Origin: Zancudomyces culisetae HAW-14-8
Taxonomy: Eukaryota > Fungi > Kickxellomycota
Reading direction: 5' to 3'
DNA: 64,000 nucleotides
Assembly: GCA_052426225.1 (NCBI GenBank)
Contig: JBNJNM010000021.1
Span: 1,302,001-1,366,000, forward strand
This document shows, one piece after another, positions 39,615 to 52,700 of this stretch. The position numbers and the translations under genes are program-made. The stretch's first letter is position 1. Every line of letters starts with the position of its first letter. The notes beneath the pieces are model-generated. The model was not told the origin of the DNA and ran no database searches. It saw only the letters and a program-made list of their open reading frames with translations.

Positions 39615-41333
39615 ATGAGCTCGGACAAAGTACTACCAGATTTCTTTTCTGTTTTCCGTTATTTTGACTATGGTGATGGTGAATACATTATGACCTTGAT
39701 TGAACAAAACATTATCAAGATAGTAAGCGAAATCAGAAGCAAAAAAGAATGGAACTTAAAAATAAAGAATCCAGAAATAAAAGAAAAATGGAAACAGGAA
39801 TTGCTTACCAACTTTGATGAAAAGGATGTTCAGTATGCTCTTGATGAATGTGAGTATTTGGCAGGAAAGTACGCTGAGGGAGAAAAAATACTAGAGGCTG
39901 TAGATGGAACGTTTTTTGCAGACGATTATATCCCAAAGTCGGTACTAAACCAGCTTATTCAAGCTGTCGAAGAGTTTGAAAAAGATACAGAAAATAGCCA
40001 GGACTGGCATCCTGGATCCGACCAACAAGTGCTGGACCTAGTTCACCCATCGCTCTATCCTGTTATCAATGAAGTGAGCAGGGCGATTACAAAGGATTTG
40101 AGTCCTAGTGAAACTGATATAATGGGGAGCTATATGAACTTGGGTACAGGTAGCGTGGATAATGTAGTATTTAGTACTCAGAATAATAAGAGAAGTCGAA
40201 CTGTGGAACAAGATTTTATTTCAAAAAGATTCCAATGGCTACCAGCAGAGGTGGGTGTAGACGCTGAAGGGAATACAAAGTTCCTATCATACATCAACAA
40301 CCTGCACCCCAAAAAATATGGTAAGCTGTACGCATGCATTGAACAAGTATTGGGCCATTTCGTGCCAATGTTTAACAAGGTATTGACTTATTCAACCGAA
40401 AAATACGTCAGTAAACAAACACCACGCATCAAACCAGCTACGTACTATGTTGAAGAGTTTGATGAATTTGTCGCTAGAATCAAAAAAGAAAAAAACATTG
40501 AAGACAAGCCACAGAAGGACGGAGAGAAGGCAGAGGAAAAAGATGATGATGATGATGACGAGGATGAGTACTGGGATATATTTGATGAACAAAAATTGGT
40601 TACACCACCAGCTGAGTATTCATTTTCTCCACAAAATATCATTGAACCTGTTGACATTGTTGATTTGAACGGAACAAGACTTCAGGTTATTGTAAAGATG
40701 GCCAACATTTGTCTAACCCCAGAAAAACCAACATACAAGGGTGGAGTTTGGCATATCGAGGGTATGTTGAATGAAGATATTGTAAGCACCGGGATATACT
40801 ACTACCACCAGGAAAACATTACTGAATCGAGATTAAACTTCCGAAAGACAGTAGTAGAGCCAGATTATGATCAAGGCGATGTGAAGGGAGTTAGATTAAT
40901 GTATGGGCTGGAGGATGAAGGAGCATTGAATCAGTTCTTGGGAGGAGTAACAACCCATGAAGGGAGATGTCTATCTTTTCCTAATCGGTACCAGCATCAA
41001 GTGCAACCATTTGAATTGGTTGACAAGACCAAGCCAGGAGTCAGAAAAATATTGTGTTTCTTTTTAGTGAATCCAAATAACCGAGTCTATTCCACAGCGG
41101 TTGTTCCACCTCAACAAAAGGAGTGGTATGCTGAAGAACTCAATAAAAACCCATCAAAGCTAACAAATCTGCCATCCCTGGTTTTGGACAACATTAATAA
41201 GCATATGAACTGGCCAATCGAGAGAAAGGACGCTGAGAAGTATAGAGAAGAGCTGATGAAGGAAAGAAAGTACCTGCTCAATAGCCAAAACGAACTTGTA
41301 TTTGAACGTGAATTCTCGTTGTGTGAACACTGA
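39615..41333 (+). CDS. DUF4246 family protein (probable 2OG-Fe(II) oxygenase fold)
   Basis: DWHPGS..QVLDLVHPSLYP, FQWLP, SYINNLHP, LQVIVK, WHIEG..NE, FPN..QH.V.PF, RKILCFFLV, FSLCEH. Confidence 0.85.
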   Translation: MSSDKVLPDFFSVFRYFDYGDGEYIMTLIEQNIIKIVSEIRSKKEWNLKIKNPEIKEKWKQELLTNFDEKDVQYALDECEYLAGKYAEGEKILEAVDGTFFADDYIPKSVLNQLIQAVEEFEKDTENSQDWHPGSDQQVLDLVHPSLYPVINEVSRAITKDLSPSETDIMGSYMNLGTGSVDNVVFSTQNNKRSRTVEQDFISKRFQWLPAEVGVDAEGNTKFLSYINNLHPKKYGKLYACIEQVLGHFVPMFNKVLTYSTEKYVSKQTPRIKPATYYVEEFDEFVARIKKEKNIEDKPQKDGEKAEEKDDDDDDEDEYWDIFDEQKLVTPPAEYSFSPQNIIEPVDIVDLNGTRLQVIVKMANICLTPEKPTYKGGVWHIEGMLNEDIVSTGIYYYHQENITESRLNFRKTVVEPDYDQGDVKGVRLMYGLEDEGALNQFLGGVTTHEGRCLSFPNRYQHQVQPFELVDKTKPGVRKILCFFLVNPNNRVYSTAVVPPQQKEWYAEELNKNPSKLTNLPSLVLDNINKHMNWPIERKDAEKYREELMKERKYLLNSQNELVFEREFSLCEH

Positions 41334-41632
41334 GCAGCCGTTAAACCACTTTTTCACTTTGTCGTTTCATTTTATTTTTTTAATTTTTAATTTTTAATTT
41401 TTTGATGATTCTATTCAAGTTTATCAATTTAAACGAAAAAAGTTTCTAGTTTTAAACTGATTACAGGGCCAATTACACATTGAGCAATCAATAATAATGT
41501 CAATTTTTTTTTTTCATTCAATGCTTTGACCTCTTTGAAAAATTAATCATATCATATCACCACATCAAATCGTATCATATCGTATAAAAGTAAATAAATC
41601 TAAAGTAAGCCAGATATTTTTGGAGCTAAAAG

Positions 41633-42523
41633 ATGGGGAACACGAAATCGTTGGATAGCGAACCAAAAGGTCCAGTAGGTGGTCAAACCTCTACGGAGAA
41701 TGTGGCACTAGATCCTAGAAATAACATGCCAGCAGTTCCCGAGCAAGATCAACATCCTGCGCAAAAGGCAAAATTATCGACTATTCGAAACTATTCTACA
41801 ATTCCAAAGGCAAACACAAATGATAGCAATGATAGCAGCATACCACAGTGTACTGCAGGTGTAAATGCTACAGGATCAGGATCAGGTGAAAGTTCTCAAA
41901 GCGGTGGTGGTTGTCCAGTAGATCATAGCAGCGCAAAGACAGATGCTAAACAAGACGAAAGTGTGTGGGTATATCCTTCGGAACAAATGTTTTATAATGC
42001 AATGCGGCGCAAAAGGTACTCGGTGTATGAAGGTGATGTAAAAACAATTGTATCGATCCACAATGCAGTAAACGAAATGTGTTGGATGAAGATTCTGGAG
42101 TGGGAGAGCCTACACAAGAAGGAATGTCCAGAGCCAAAACTGGTGAAATTTGAAGGCAGAGCCAAAGATAAGACTATAAAGGCGCTTTGGAACGAATATG
42201 TGATGGGATATAAGCCCCCATTTGACCGACATGATTGGACTGTAGACAGGAATGGGAAGCAGGTTAGATATATAATAGACTTTTATGGTGGAGGAATGGG
42301 AGGCAGCAGCGATAGCAGTGCGAATGGCAAGAGTGCAGACGCAAGCACAAGCACAAGCAAAGGTAAAGGGCTGGCAAGTTTTTATTTGGATGTCAGGCCA
42401 GCACCAACAGTTGGCGGAGTTGTCGATAGAATCAGACGGGCTCTTTATCCAGATTCAGTAGAGATATTTAGCGATAAAGGAGTTACGGCAGGGGTTGAGC
42501 CTCACAACGTGAAAAAGGATTAA
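41633..42523 (+). CDS. CYC3: Holocytochrome c synthase (cytochrome c/c1 heme lyase)
   Basis: NNMP, STIPK, CPVDH, WVYPSEQMFYNAM, HNAVNE..W, PFDRHDW, RYIIDFY, LDVRPA; CYC3 versus CYT2 not certain. Confidence 0.9.
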   Translation: MGNTKSLDSEPKGPVGGQTSTENVALDPRNNMPAVPEQDQHPAQKAKLSTIRNYSTIPKANTNDSNDSSIPQCTAGVNATGSGSGESSQSGGGCPVDHSSAKTDAKQDESVWVYPSEQMFYNAMRRKRYSVYEGDVKTIVSIHNAVNEMCWMKILEWESLHKKECPEPKLVKFEGRAKDKTIKALWNEYVMGYKPPFDRHDWTVDRNGKQVRYIIDFYGGGMGGSSDSSANGKSADASTSTSKGKGLASFYLDVRPAPTVGGVVDRIRRALYPDSVEIFSDKGVTAGVEPHNVKKD

Positions 42524-42848
42524 GCATTAAGGATTATGCTCAAGCCACCAAGTAAGGTTGTTAGCTTGGACGAATTTTTCAGAATATTAGCCCTTAATAT
42601 TTTGACTCTTTTATTATATATATATATTTGTAGCTTAGATAGGAATTAAAAAAAAAATCTATAGATAAAGTAATTTTGATAGTAACGAATAATAGTAATC
42701 AACAGAGTTAAAGTGCAGAAAAGAGAGAAAAAAAAAAGAGGGAGGGGAGGGGGAAAAAAAGGAAAAACGATGAAGAATGCAAGTCAAGTATAAGAAAGTA
42801 AAGAAAAAAAAAAAGAGAAAAAGTTAACAATGAAACATCTTTATACAT

Positions 42849-45800
42849 TTAAGAGTTATTGATACCTACATAATCCAACCAACTTCGCACATTGGATCTT
42901 GAAGACCAACTTGAGGATTTTTGTAAAAGCGAAAGTTTGAATGAAACCAAGGCACTGTTACTCTTGGGTGCTTTACTGTTTCCTCTTTCGCTGGCACTAG
43001 TTCCATTCGTATCTGGGTTTGTACTTTCAAAACCACCATGCGAGAGTTTTTTGGAAAGTTTTGGGTTGAGTTCGGTTGTCAAATGCCATAAACTGATCGC
43101 AGTCCCAAAGTTAGAGTTTGAAGCCAGAATAGCAGGAATGAAGAGTACTAGAGTGTTGATGTCTGGAACAAGTCTAGAGTTAAGCATATGGGCTAGCAAG
43201 ATGCCACTAAATTCTGATAGTTGACGAACAGTGGTTGCCCCAGGTTGGTGTGAATCGAGTGTAGTCTTAGCAGGTAAATATCCCAGCTGGTACTTTGGAT
43301 CATCTGCAAGAATACTGATATCTGGTGGATGATACAGCACAGAATGAATGTTGATCCGTGGAGCAATGTTAATATAATTGGAGTCTTGGCTGATGTAGTA
43401 GCTCGGCAATGTTGGTTTTGTGGGCGTTGTTGGATTGCACGAATTCAGCAGCGATTGGGATATTTTGTCAAGGAGGTTCACCCCAAGAGCCAATGAATTG
43501 GAGCTATGGGGACTGTTCAATTTCCGAGCCAAGAACGTCACGTATTTCATGATTATAGAATAGGTATCAGAATTGGGATTTGAGCCATTCTTGTAGCAGG
43601 ATAGTATGAGATCAATACTTTTGGAGCACTCGAATTCTCTCAAAAGAGCTGCTCTCGAGTCGCTATCAAAATCATTGGAATTATCCAAGTAGAGCTTGTC
43701 TACACAATCAATATGCAAATTAAAATAAAAGCTCATTAGCGAGTTCAAAACCTTGGTACATGTCTCGCCATTTCTAGTTGCAAAAAGTTTTGGGTAATTT
43801 TCCTGTGAATAAAGAAATATTTTGATTGCCGATTTCCAGTTTTGAAATTTAGAATAGAATGATGCAAATAGAACTTCTTTACCACAAGAGTTGATAACAG
43901 GAACATTGAGGGTGGAGTGTGGATCTGAAGTTTCATTGGTTTCCATGTTGGCAGACATCAGTTTTGATATTGGCTGGTGTATCTCTTCATCAGTAATAAA
44001 GACACAAGTGTCACCACCAAACACTAATGTTGATTTAGAGGATAAACATCCTGAAATTAGTTTAGGCATCGCATATAACGACAAAAGAGTTCGTGAATAT
44101 TGCTTAAAATCAACTACTCCAGAGGATCTACCACCAGAGACAGATGTGGTCTGTCGAAGTTGAGGTTCTTCCAAAGTATCACGCCGTAAGTTTGTAATTA
44201 AATGGCAATAGCTTAGCCACAACTTTATCGCCAAATGTAAATGCGAATTGTCCACCAAATATGAAATAATTAAGCCTACCGTCTTTCGGTGAGGAATCAA
44301 CCCATTTGCTTCCATTTCCTCCAGCAGTTTCAAAGCGTCTTTTGGCTGGGAATTAGTCAAGTGATAACCAATAATTATTCCATAGGTTACGGAATCAGGG
44401 CGTGGTAATAGTAATACAGATTTTTGTGAGAGCTTTAGCCGTGTGCTCAAGCTGTGAGTATGTTGATAGCTGCCTTCTTGATCACCAGAAGGGTTGATAG
44501 GTGAATGATACAGCGGAAATTTCCCGTAACCTCTCTTCATCATTTCAAAAATCGTTTTTGGCCGCACGTCCATGCTGTTTCTAGTTATCAGACATCCCAG
44601 AATCGTATTTAATGATGTGGCATCCGGTATTAACCCAAAAGTCTGGTTAAATAGACGAAAAAGTCGCCTTGGATCAAAAATAGTATACTCAGAACTGTTG
44701 CTGGGCAAGGTAAAATAGTAAGCGTACAAATACAGATTCATAGTTTTTACAACAAGAGTTTCACTACCATTATTATGTATGTTGCTAAATCTACTTAAAA
44801 TATGGATCAACTCTCGCACCAATGAATTTGGGCTAAGGTTGCACTGCCATAGTGTTCCCATATTAGTTGGCCTTTTTGCGGTCACGTTTTGTTTATTTTG
44901 ATGCCTGTAGACATTCTTGGAGTCGTCTATACGTAAATTCCGTAGTTGTACTTGCTTTAAAAGCGGATAATGGTGGGAATTCCTGTCTATAAACACTGGT
45001 TTGTTTCGTTGTCTAATTCTAATTTTTGAGTCATGTCTGCTGCCCCCATTGAACATCTTTAATGACTTGATTTTTAATTTCCCAATTTCACCAAGCGCCA
45101 TCAAAATGATCTTTATAACTGGCTCTACCAATTGCTTCTCAGTTAAACCAAAACACCAGTTGATAATTTCCTCATACCGTTTTTCTCGATACAACCCATA
45201 CAGCATTTGTTCAATGATTTTGAAGTTTAGGTATCCAAAGTATTCCGTGTGACTATAATACAAATATTCAAATACTTGACCTTTTATTCTAGGTTTTTCC
45301 TTATTTACAAGCAAGAGTTGCAATATCTTTTCGACATATCTATACTCATCGACTTCGGTATCATATAACTCTAACGTCATAAGATTGATGTTCTTGTCGT
45401 ACATTTCGCCCTGTAGTTTTAGCGTTTCTGTTAAAACTTGTATAACCCCGTCTATATTTTCCTTTTCAATCAACACCTTTAAGAGTTTTTCCAAACCCTG
45501 ATTGACCACTTTGACAATTTGCTCTTTGATTTGCCAACTGATTTCGTCATTTTCAATGTTTTTATTATCGATGCTACTATCTTTTGTGGTATTATGAAGA
45601 ACCGAATGATTGCTAGACACGTACCCTCCCCCAACGACCGACGTGTTCCGCTCACAAGTTTGGCTGTGTTCTGAAATAATGCTATGCATCTTGCAATTCA
45701 ATTTATACATGTATCTTAAAATAACCAGTTCTCTATGAATTTGTTCTTGTGTGCCTCCAAGAGTTGTCCCCAAGCATTTTTCCAGTTTTTCTAGCTTTTT

Positions 45801-46196
45801 CAAAAGAAATAATAATTCCTCTTTGGTATTGCGCTTTGTGCTTTCAGATTTATCTCTGAATTTACTGAGTTCTGTATAGTTTTTACATTCTTGTGTTTTA
45901 TCAAATATGGTGTTTTGATTGATCGAAATAGTGCTATTTTTATAATTTAGTATATCCTGGCCCGATTTGATTTTGATGGTTGTTGAGTTGAAGCCAAATC
46001 CCCTCATTGCGCTATGGGTATCTGGATCATAGTCATTCAGCACTCCATTATCCGTCTCATTTTTAATAATTGGCTTTGTTTTTTGATTGTTGATTATATC
46101 TGAGGAGAAGGTTTTGAATCTTGGTGGGGTTTTTGTGATGGTTTTATTCAGTGGCAATATAAAAATACGGATTCTTATACTGCTTGAGGTTTTCAT
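42849..46196 (-). CDS. Pentatricopeptide-repeat (PPR) protein, probably mitochondrial
   Basis: PDATSLNTIL, PDSVTYGIIIGY...ALKLLEEMEANGLIP, PNSDTYSIIM, PDINT; basic N-terminus. Confidence 0.7.
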   Translation of the reverse strand: MKTSSSIRIRIFILPLNKTITKTPPRFKTFSSDIINNQKTKPIIKNETDNGVLNDYDPDTHSAMRGFGFNSTTIKIKSGQDILNYKNSTISINQNTIFDKTQECKNYTELSKFRDKSESTKRNTKEELLFLLKKLEKLEKCLGTTLGGTQEQIHRELVILRYMYKLNCKMHSIISEHSQTCERNTSVVGGGYVSSNHSVLHNTTKDSSIDNKNIENDEISWQIKEQIVKVVNQGLEKLLKVLIEKENIDGVIQVLTETLKLQGEMYDKNINLMTLELYDTEVDEYRYVEKILQLLLVNKEKPRIKGQVFEYLYYSHTEYFGYLNFKIIEQMLYGLYREKRYEEIINWCFGLTEKQLVEPVIKIILMALGEIGKLKIKSLKMFNGGSRHDSKIRIRQRNKPVFIDRNSHHYPLLKQVQLRNLRIDDSKNVYRHQNKQNVTAKRPTNMGTLWQCNLSPNSLVRELIHILSRFSNIHNNGSETLVVKTMNLYLYAYYFTLPSNSSEYTIFDPRRLFRLFNQTFGLIPDATSLNTILGCLITRNSMDVRPKTIFEMMKRGYGKFPLYHSPINPSGDQEGSYQHTHSLSTRLKLSQKSVLLLPRPDSVTYGIIIGYHLTNSQPKDALKLLEEMEANGLIPHRKTVGLIISYLVDNSHLHLAIKLWLSYCHLITNLRRDTLEEPQLRQTTSVSGGRSSGVVDFKQYSRTLLSLYAMPKLISGCLSSKSTLVFGGDTCVFITDEEIHQPISKLMSANMETNETSDPHSTLNVPVINSCGKEVLFASFYSKFQNWKSAIKIFLYSQENYPKLFATRNGETCTKVLNSLMSFYFNLHIDCVDKLYLDNSNDFDSDSRAALLREFECSKSIDLILSCYKNGSNPNSDTYSIIMKYVTFLARKLNSPHSSNSLALGVNLLDKISQSLLNSCNPTTPTKPTLPSYYISQDSNYINIAPRINIHSVLYHPPDISILADDPKYQLGYLPAKTTLDSHQPGATTVRQLSEFSGILLAHMLNSRLVPDINTLVLFIPAILASNSNFGTAISLWHLTTELNPKLSKKLSHGGFESTNPDTNGTSASERGNSKAPKSNSALVSFKLSLLQKSSSWSSRSNVRSWLDYVGINNS

Positions 46197-46775
46197 TTTA
46201 TAACTTGCCTCAACGCGCTTTCATTCCCTAATTTTACTGTTACTTGTTCCCTTATTCCTCTGATTCGTGATTTTAGTAGTGTTGCTCAATCCCTTTATTC
46301 ATTTTTCATGTTTTTTTTTCCTTTAAGTGAATTGATTTTCTGGATGATTAATGAGCCTTTGCTCTATTCTAATGTATTACGTTTTTATTGTATATTTGTA
46401 ACTATGTATATGATTTTAATCAACTATATTTCGATCAGGATGCGCTGAGGTTAGCTGGTTTATACTTATTCAATTTTTTTTGTAAACATAACCTCAACTC
46501 TGCCGATTAAACAATATAGATTGAGATTGATTATTTGCATTAAAATTTTTTCCTTGTCTTAAATTAACCCAAATGGTGGAAAAAAAAAATAAAAGCTGCA
46601 AAGTGAACAAAATTGTGAAAAAGACTAAATCTACCAAAGAATCATTAGGTTTAAAGCGCGGTCCTTTTGTCTACTAATTGATACCACCTAGCTCCAACAA
46701 ACAGTTTGTATTAACGTCCACAAAAACCCCTAAAAGAAAAATAGTAAAGATAATAATAATAAAAAGAAAAAAAGA

Positions 46776-48375
46776 TCAACACGAGAAAACACCATCTGAG
46801 CAAATTCTGATGGAACAGCAAACAGGTCGGCTCCATGGTATTTTGGAACCAATCATCACTCTAGAACTACCCCGACCGGGATCCCGACCACTGCCATCAA
46901 AGCTACTACCAACACTAACAAAGCTGCCAGTACTAAGGAAGCTATTGCTGAGACCAACACCATTTCCAGCAGCGGTAGTGTGCTGAGCATATTCGCTCAA
47001 ATCATACCCACCCTTCACCCGTATTTCGGATTTTTTTACTTTTAAAAAGACTCTAGAGTTAACACAGCTAGCCCACACCTTTCCCAGTGCAGGAATCTTA
47101 TCACCAAAGATAGCAATACCACCGTTTATACCACTACTATCATAGTTGCCAAAACTACTATCATGACCAGTGGAATGAAAGGGTGGGGAACTTTTAATAC
47201 TGCCAGTGCTGGCAGCAGCGAGTCCATCAGTATTTACAGGTAGTGCGACAGTGTTGTTGGTATTGATGGCGCCAGGAATATAGTCTGATACTTGATTGAC
47301 AACAACTATGGCGCAATCGAATTTCGACGCAAGTTCTTTTAGTTTGTTTCCAATATTACTCAGACACTCTCTTCTGTGCAAGTTTTTTTGAAATTCATCT
47401 TTTTCATCAATAGCCAACACTGAGTGATATCTGAAAAGGGCCGCTATCGAGTCTATTATCACCAATTTGATGTTGTTTTCGGAAATGAACTTTTCTAGCT
47501 GGTACAAAACCATAAAAACAAATTGATCGCGCTCTAAAATAAATTTAGTGTGTATCCTTCTCGTCATTCGTTCAATTATTTCTTCGGCAGTATCAAAGTC
47601 AAAACCAAACCTTCTTGCAAAAGACGGAATCATCTCGGCTAATCTCGTTATTGGAAATTTCTCTTCAGTGCTTATATATGCTACATCTAGTCGATTAATG
47701 CAAAAGGTATACACATTACCAAAGTCTATATATATTTTGATCAATCCAAACAGAGTTAGAAATAGTATAACAAAGTGTACACTTACCTCCATCAAGCCCA
47801 TTCTGGATTAGTGGTAATTGGCTGCAAAGGCACAGTTGTAAGCAAAGCTGTGTTTTTCCAGCAGAGCTAACATATAACATTTCGATCGATGTATTCATCA
47901 GAATCTTGTAAACATACTGTAAAAAAGAAAAGCTATAGGGGAACGGAGGTATACTAACCTTTCACCAACAATTTCAGTCAAAAATCCCGAGTAAACACCA
48001 CCACCAAACACCTGGTTAATTCCGTCATCGCCAAGCGTGCAAGGTGTATGTTTATTTACAAATTTATGTTGATCAGACAGACGAACCACATTATTCTCAA
48101 AGGGAAAGTATTCTTTGCAAAGACTATTCCATAGTCTGTTTGATTGTTCGGGATCGGATGCCGAAAGCCTTTTGGTGAATTCCCTATGCGACAATTCTAT
48201 ACATTCTTTCAGGGACTGGTACCCAACTATGTATGAATAGAAAAACGTATTATTGCATGTGTGGAGTTTTTAATACTAAATAGTATAAATGCAAAATGAA
48301 TGTTCTGCATATAAATCAAGCAGGATGTTAGAAATTACGTTTTCTAGTTATCGTTCCAATATCGGCATTACTCAT
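46776..48375 (-). CDS. RAD57: RAD51 paralog (RAD57/XRCC3); exons 48375-48339, 48226-47959, 47866-47787, 47686-46776
   Basis: Splicing rebuilds TEIVGESSAGKTQLCLQL (Walker A), AYISTE, VIIDSIAALFR (Walker B), VVVNQV, PALGKVW. Confidence 0.85.
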
Positions 48376-49760
48376 TAACTGTTGTTGAGAATTTGTGGGA
48401 TTGTGCTAGAATGGTTAATTTGAATCTGTTTGATGTCTAGGAGAATACTGTTCGAGCTTTAGAACGCTTTTGCAGAATGAGGTATTCCTTTATTGGAAGG
48501 TACTTTAAAAACCATAAAATTGTTTAAATATCAAAAACTAGGGTATAGCTAATGACGTCTATTCGCTGGCGAATTAACGAAATGAAAATAATTGATGAGA
48601 AAAAAATCAACACGAAAATTCTGATTTTAATGTTTTATATTTGTTTCCCAAGCTTATTTTTAAAGGTAAGGGGTGGGGGGAGAAAGGTATAAGGATGTTT
48701 GAGAGATTAACAGAAAAAAAGTAAATAAATAAAAAAAAACTAAAACGCCCGACGATTTACGGGATTCTCAACAGCGAAATGGAAACTCAGTGAGTGGAGG
48801 TGCGAGGGGGAGTAAGCGTGACCCAAAGCAAACATTAGCAACAGTGTCGCCAAATTGATGAAAAGTAAATTATCGCTCATTTCTATTGTTGCAATGATTG
48901 GCCAGCAATTCAAGATGTTGTTTATTCCGTTTATATTGCCCAACGCACTATTCGAGACTATGAGTATTTCGGTAATTATCTAAATGGCAACAGGAAGTTT
49001 CATCCAATGGATTAATCTAAAGTTTATCATAAAATAAAATAAAATAAATAAATGCCAATTATGATACTTCTTGAATCAGAAAAATAATATCAAGTAACCA
49101 ACCAGTTGCGCAAAATTTGTCATTCCCGGCTTGCTTTTTTTAAAATTTTATTTACGTAGATGAGGTCCCAGAGAAAGCAAAGCACGAACAAGTCATTTAT
49201 TAGCCATTCAGGAATGATTTTGTCCTGGATTAATACCTCAGATGATTCGTTTTGCTGTATTTTATTATTTTGGATGTTTATAGTCCTAGGTGGAAATAAA
49301 AAAAAATTGATTATTATTTTTTTTTGCATATTTAACATGAGAGCAAAAAAAGAGTATAGAAATAAATAACATTAATTTAAATATTAGTTTACTAATAAAG
49401 TAATTAATTACATATTTCTAGATATATATAAATATATACTAGGTATATTATTTAGACACAAGAATAAGAATATGTATTCCCTACTCCAACTATCATCACA
49501 TCAGGGATACCGACGGAATTGAAACGAACTTACTCGAACGGAAAAAATACAGCTGAATTTATTTTCTAGGATATTTAAAAAAAAAAACTAAGAGTAGTAA
49601 GAAGGAGTGGTAGATAAGTAAAACATAGATAACTGCAAGGGAGGCAGGGGCAAGCAATTCTTCATGTATACAATCCTGAACTAGCTGAAATACAGGCATT
49701 AGAAATACGTATATTTACTCAACAAAACATATTTAATTGTAAGCAACAAGAGAAAGAAAA

Positions 49761-52700
49761 ATGGTCAAATACAAGGCAGAGAATGTACAGGATTACTCCG
49801 AAGCAGAAACGGATGTTGCGGGAAGCGATTGGCTGGGCGACCTAGAGGAGGAGGTTAGCAAACAACATAGGAATAGAGGAAAGGAAAGGTCACGTGGATT
49901 TAGAGATGAATTGGCCAGCTATACTATTGGTAAAGTCGATAACGCAGCGGACAGCGAGTCTTCATCCATAAGTATAGAGTATAAAAAGAAGAGAACCGAG
50001 GGGGGTGGGAAGGGCGTAAAACGGCGCAAAAAAGTGATTAGTAAGGAGGACTGGTTTTCGGGGAGTTCGCTGAGTTCACTTAGCAGCATTGACGAGGTAT
50101 CACGAATGGGATATTCGGGTTCGGATTTAAGCGATCTTAGTGATTGGAGTATGATAGAAAGCAAAGAAGAAAATGCAGAAAAGCGCGGAAAAACTCAGTC
50201 ACAGATGCAGTTACAAACACAGACACAGGCACAGGCACAAGCACAAGCACAAGCACGGTCACCGAAATCAACACTGTTAAAAACAAAGGCACAGGCGCAA
50301 AAGAAAAAGGATTACAAACGGAAAGAGGAGAAGCAAATGAGTAAAGATAAAGTATCTGATCAAATGGATGGGGGAGATGTGGAGAATGAAAGCGTAGATG
50401 CGGATGGTGGGAGGACACGGAAAAAGCCAGGACGGAGAAGAAAGGTGGATTATAGAGATCCAAATAGAGTGGATGAACATGGAAGAAGCCAGCTTTTGTA
50501 TTTTGCAATCAAGGGGGATTTGGAAAGTTGTGCCAAGCTGATTGACGTGGGAGCAGATATAAATAAAGGAAGTGCGAATGGGTGGACGCCACTTCACGAG
50601 GCAGCGCGACAGGGAAATGTGGAGCTGGGTTCGTTGCTGTTTGAAAAATCAAACAAGGCGAAGGAGAACAAGCAAGTGATACGGGTAAATTTGGTGGATG
50701 AAGACAAGCAAACGGCACTTCATGAAGCAGTATTGGGAGGAAGATTGGATTTTGTAGAGCTACTATTGAGTAATGGAGCCAAGACAGAAATCAAAAACAA
50801 GGATGGCAAGACAGCTGTAGATATGTGCAACAATGCGGCGATAAGAAAGGCGCTTGAATCGGGTAGGGCTAGACTAAAATCGGCAGTGATGCGAGACAGA
50901 TCTGGGCAGATTCGGTTACACCGGGCGTGTCGAATGGGGAGTCTTAGCAAGGCGGTTCTTCAACTGGAATTGGGAGTTGATGTAAATACAGCAGATAATG
51001 CGGGCTGGACACCATTACACGAGGCCAGCCTTGGAGGGCGCAAAGAGATTGTCAAAGAATTGTTACGAAGAGGAGCAGATGTTACGAAGAAAGGATTGGA
51101 GGGCGATACACCGCTACACGATGCATGTGCGAATGGGCATGAGAAAATAGTAAAGCTGTTATTAGCAGCTGGAGCAGATAAACATGCGAAGAATCAGAAT
51201 GGGGTGACACCGAGTGATATGACATCTAGTGATAAGATTCGAAATATTTTGGATACCTGGGTCGAGCCCAAAAAGGAAGAAAAGACAGTACCGATGTCAA
51301 CGGAGGTGCAAACGGTTACCGCGCATTCAACAAAGTATAAATCTACCAGTAAAAGAAGCTATGGCGATATGCAATCTTCAGATGGGAATGGAAGAGATAG
51401 CGAACCAAGGGTTAAACGGTTGAAGCCGCGCGGGAGGGTAATCAGTGATAGTGAAGACAGCGAGGTTGAGGTATCGGCGGTATCTAAGCAGGGAAATGGC
51501 CAGAGTATGGAATATAAAGCGAAGGGCAGCAGTAAAGATGGAAGTGATACGACTGATAGCAATAAAATGAAGGGGAAACAGAGTTTTTCACTAGAAAAGC
51601 TAAAGGAAGATGCGGAGAAGCCCAGTGTGAATTACTATTATTCTACCAAGCCGAAACTGTCAAGAGAGGAGCGAAAGCTGAAAAGCATTCTTTCTACACT
51701 GGAGAGAATGGAAAAAAGAAATAGTTTTGCAAAGCCCAACAGCAATGGTGCCAACGTTAAATCAAAAAAGAAGGTGATTGAGCCGGGTTCATCTCCAACA
51801 GTAAGCAGGAAAGCATCGTCGAGATCGATGTCAACGACCCAGCACGGCAAGTCGCAGGCAGAGAGGGAGAGAGACGATTTGGAAAATGATACCGATTATG
51901 TCAGTGTAGTTAATTCTAGATATGTAAGTCGCGAAGGATCTCCACTGACAGCTGCTGACCTCGATTACGATACAGCTAGCGGATCTACAACCCGAAAGAA
52001 ACGAGGACGACCACCAAAGACTAATACTAATACTACTACTAATACTAATACTAATACTAATACTAATACTAATACTAATACTAATACTTCTGTTTCTGGT
52101 TCTCATGGAAACCCATCTCAGTCCAGTCCTTCTGATCTGTTTGGTTCTACAAACTCGGATTTGGACACTGTTGTTGCCACCTGCAAGTCCAATACTACTA
52201 CTGCTACTACTACTACTGCTACTACTGCTACTACTGCTACTACTGCTACTACTGCTACTGCTATTTTCTCCCCAAAGCATTCTGATTCTAAGACCCGCGA
52301 TCCCCATATTCATTCGCAGACACGTCCTTCTTCTTATAGTCATCATCGTTCCAGTTCTGCTGATATCTCATTCAATCATAATTCTATAGCTAATACTAAT
52401 ACTAATACTAACTTGGCAACCAAAAATGATCTATTTTCTGACGACTCTCAGCAACCACAAGATGGTAGCCGAACACCAGTTCGTCCCGAGAATGACCGTT
52501 TATCCGTCGTAAAGCCCGAAGATTCTTCTCAACAACCACCCGCTATTTCGTCTACTAAAAAACCCCGCTTTGTTCCTTTGTACGCCGTTTCGGCCAAATC
52601 CTCTTCTACAAAGCCCTCCGCGAATAGCTATGATATCTATGTTGTGGATCTGCAAATAAACTTGTTTTTGGAATTTGTCAGTTTGAATGGTTCTACCTTT

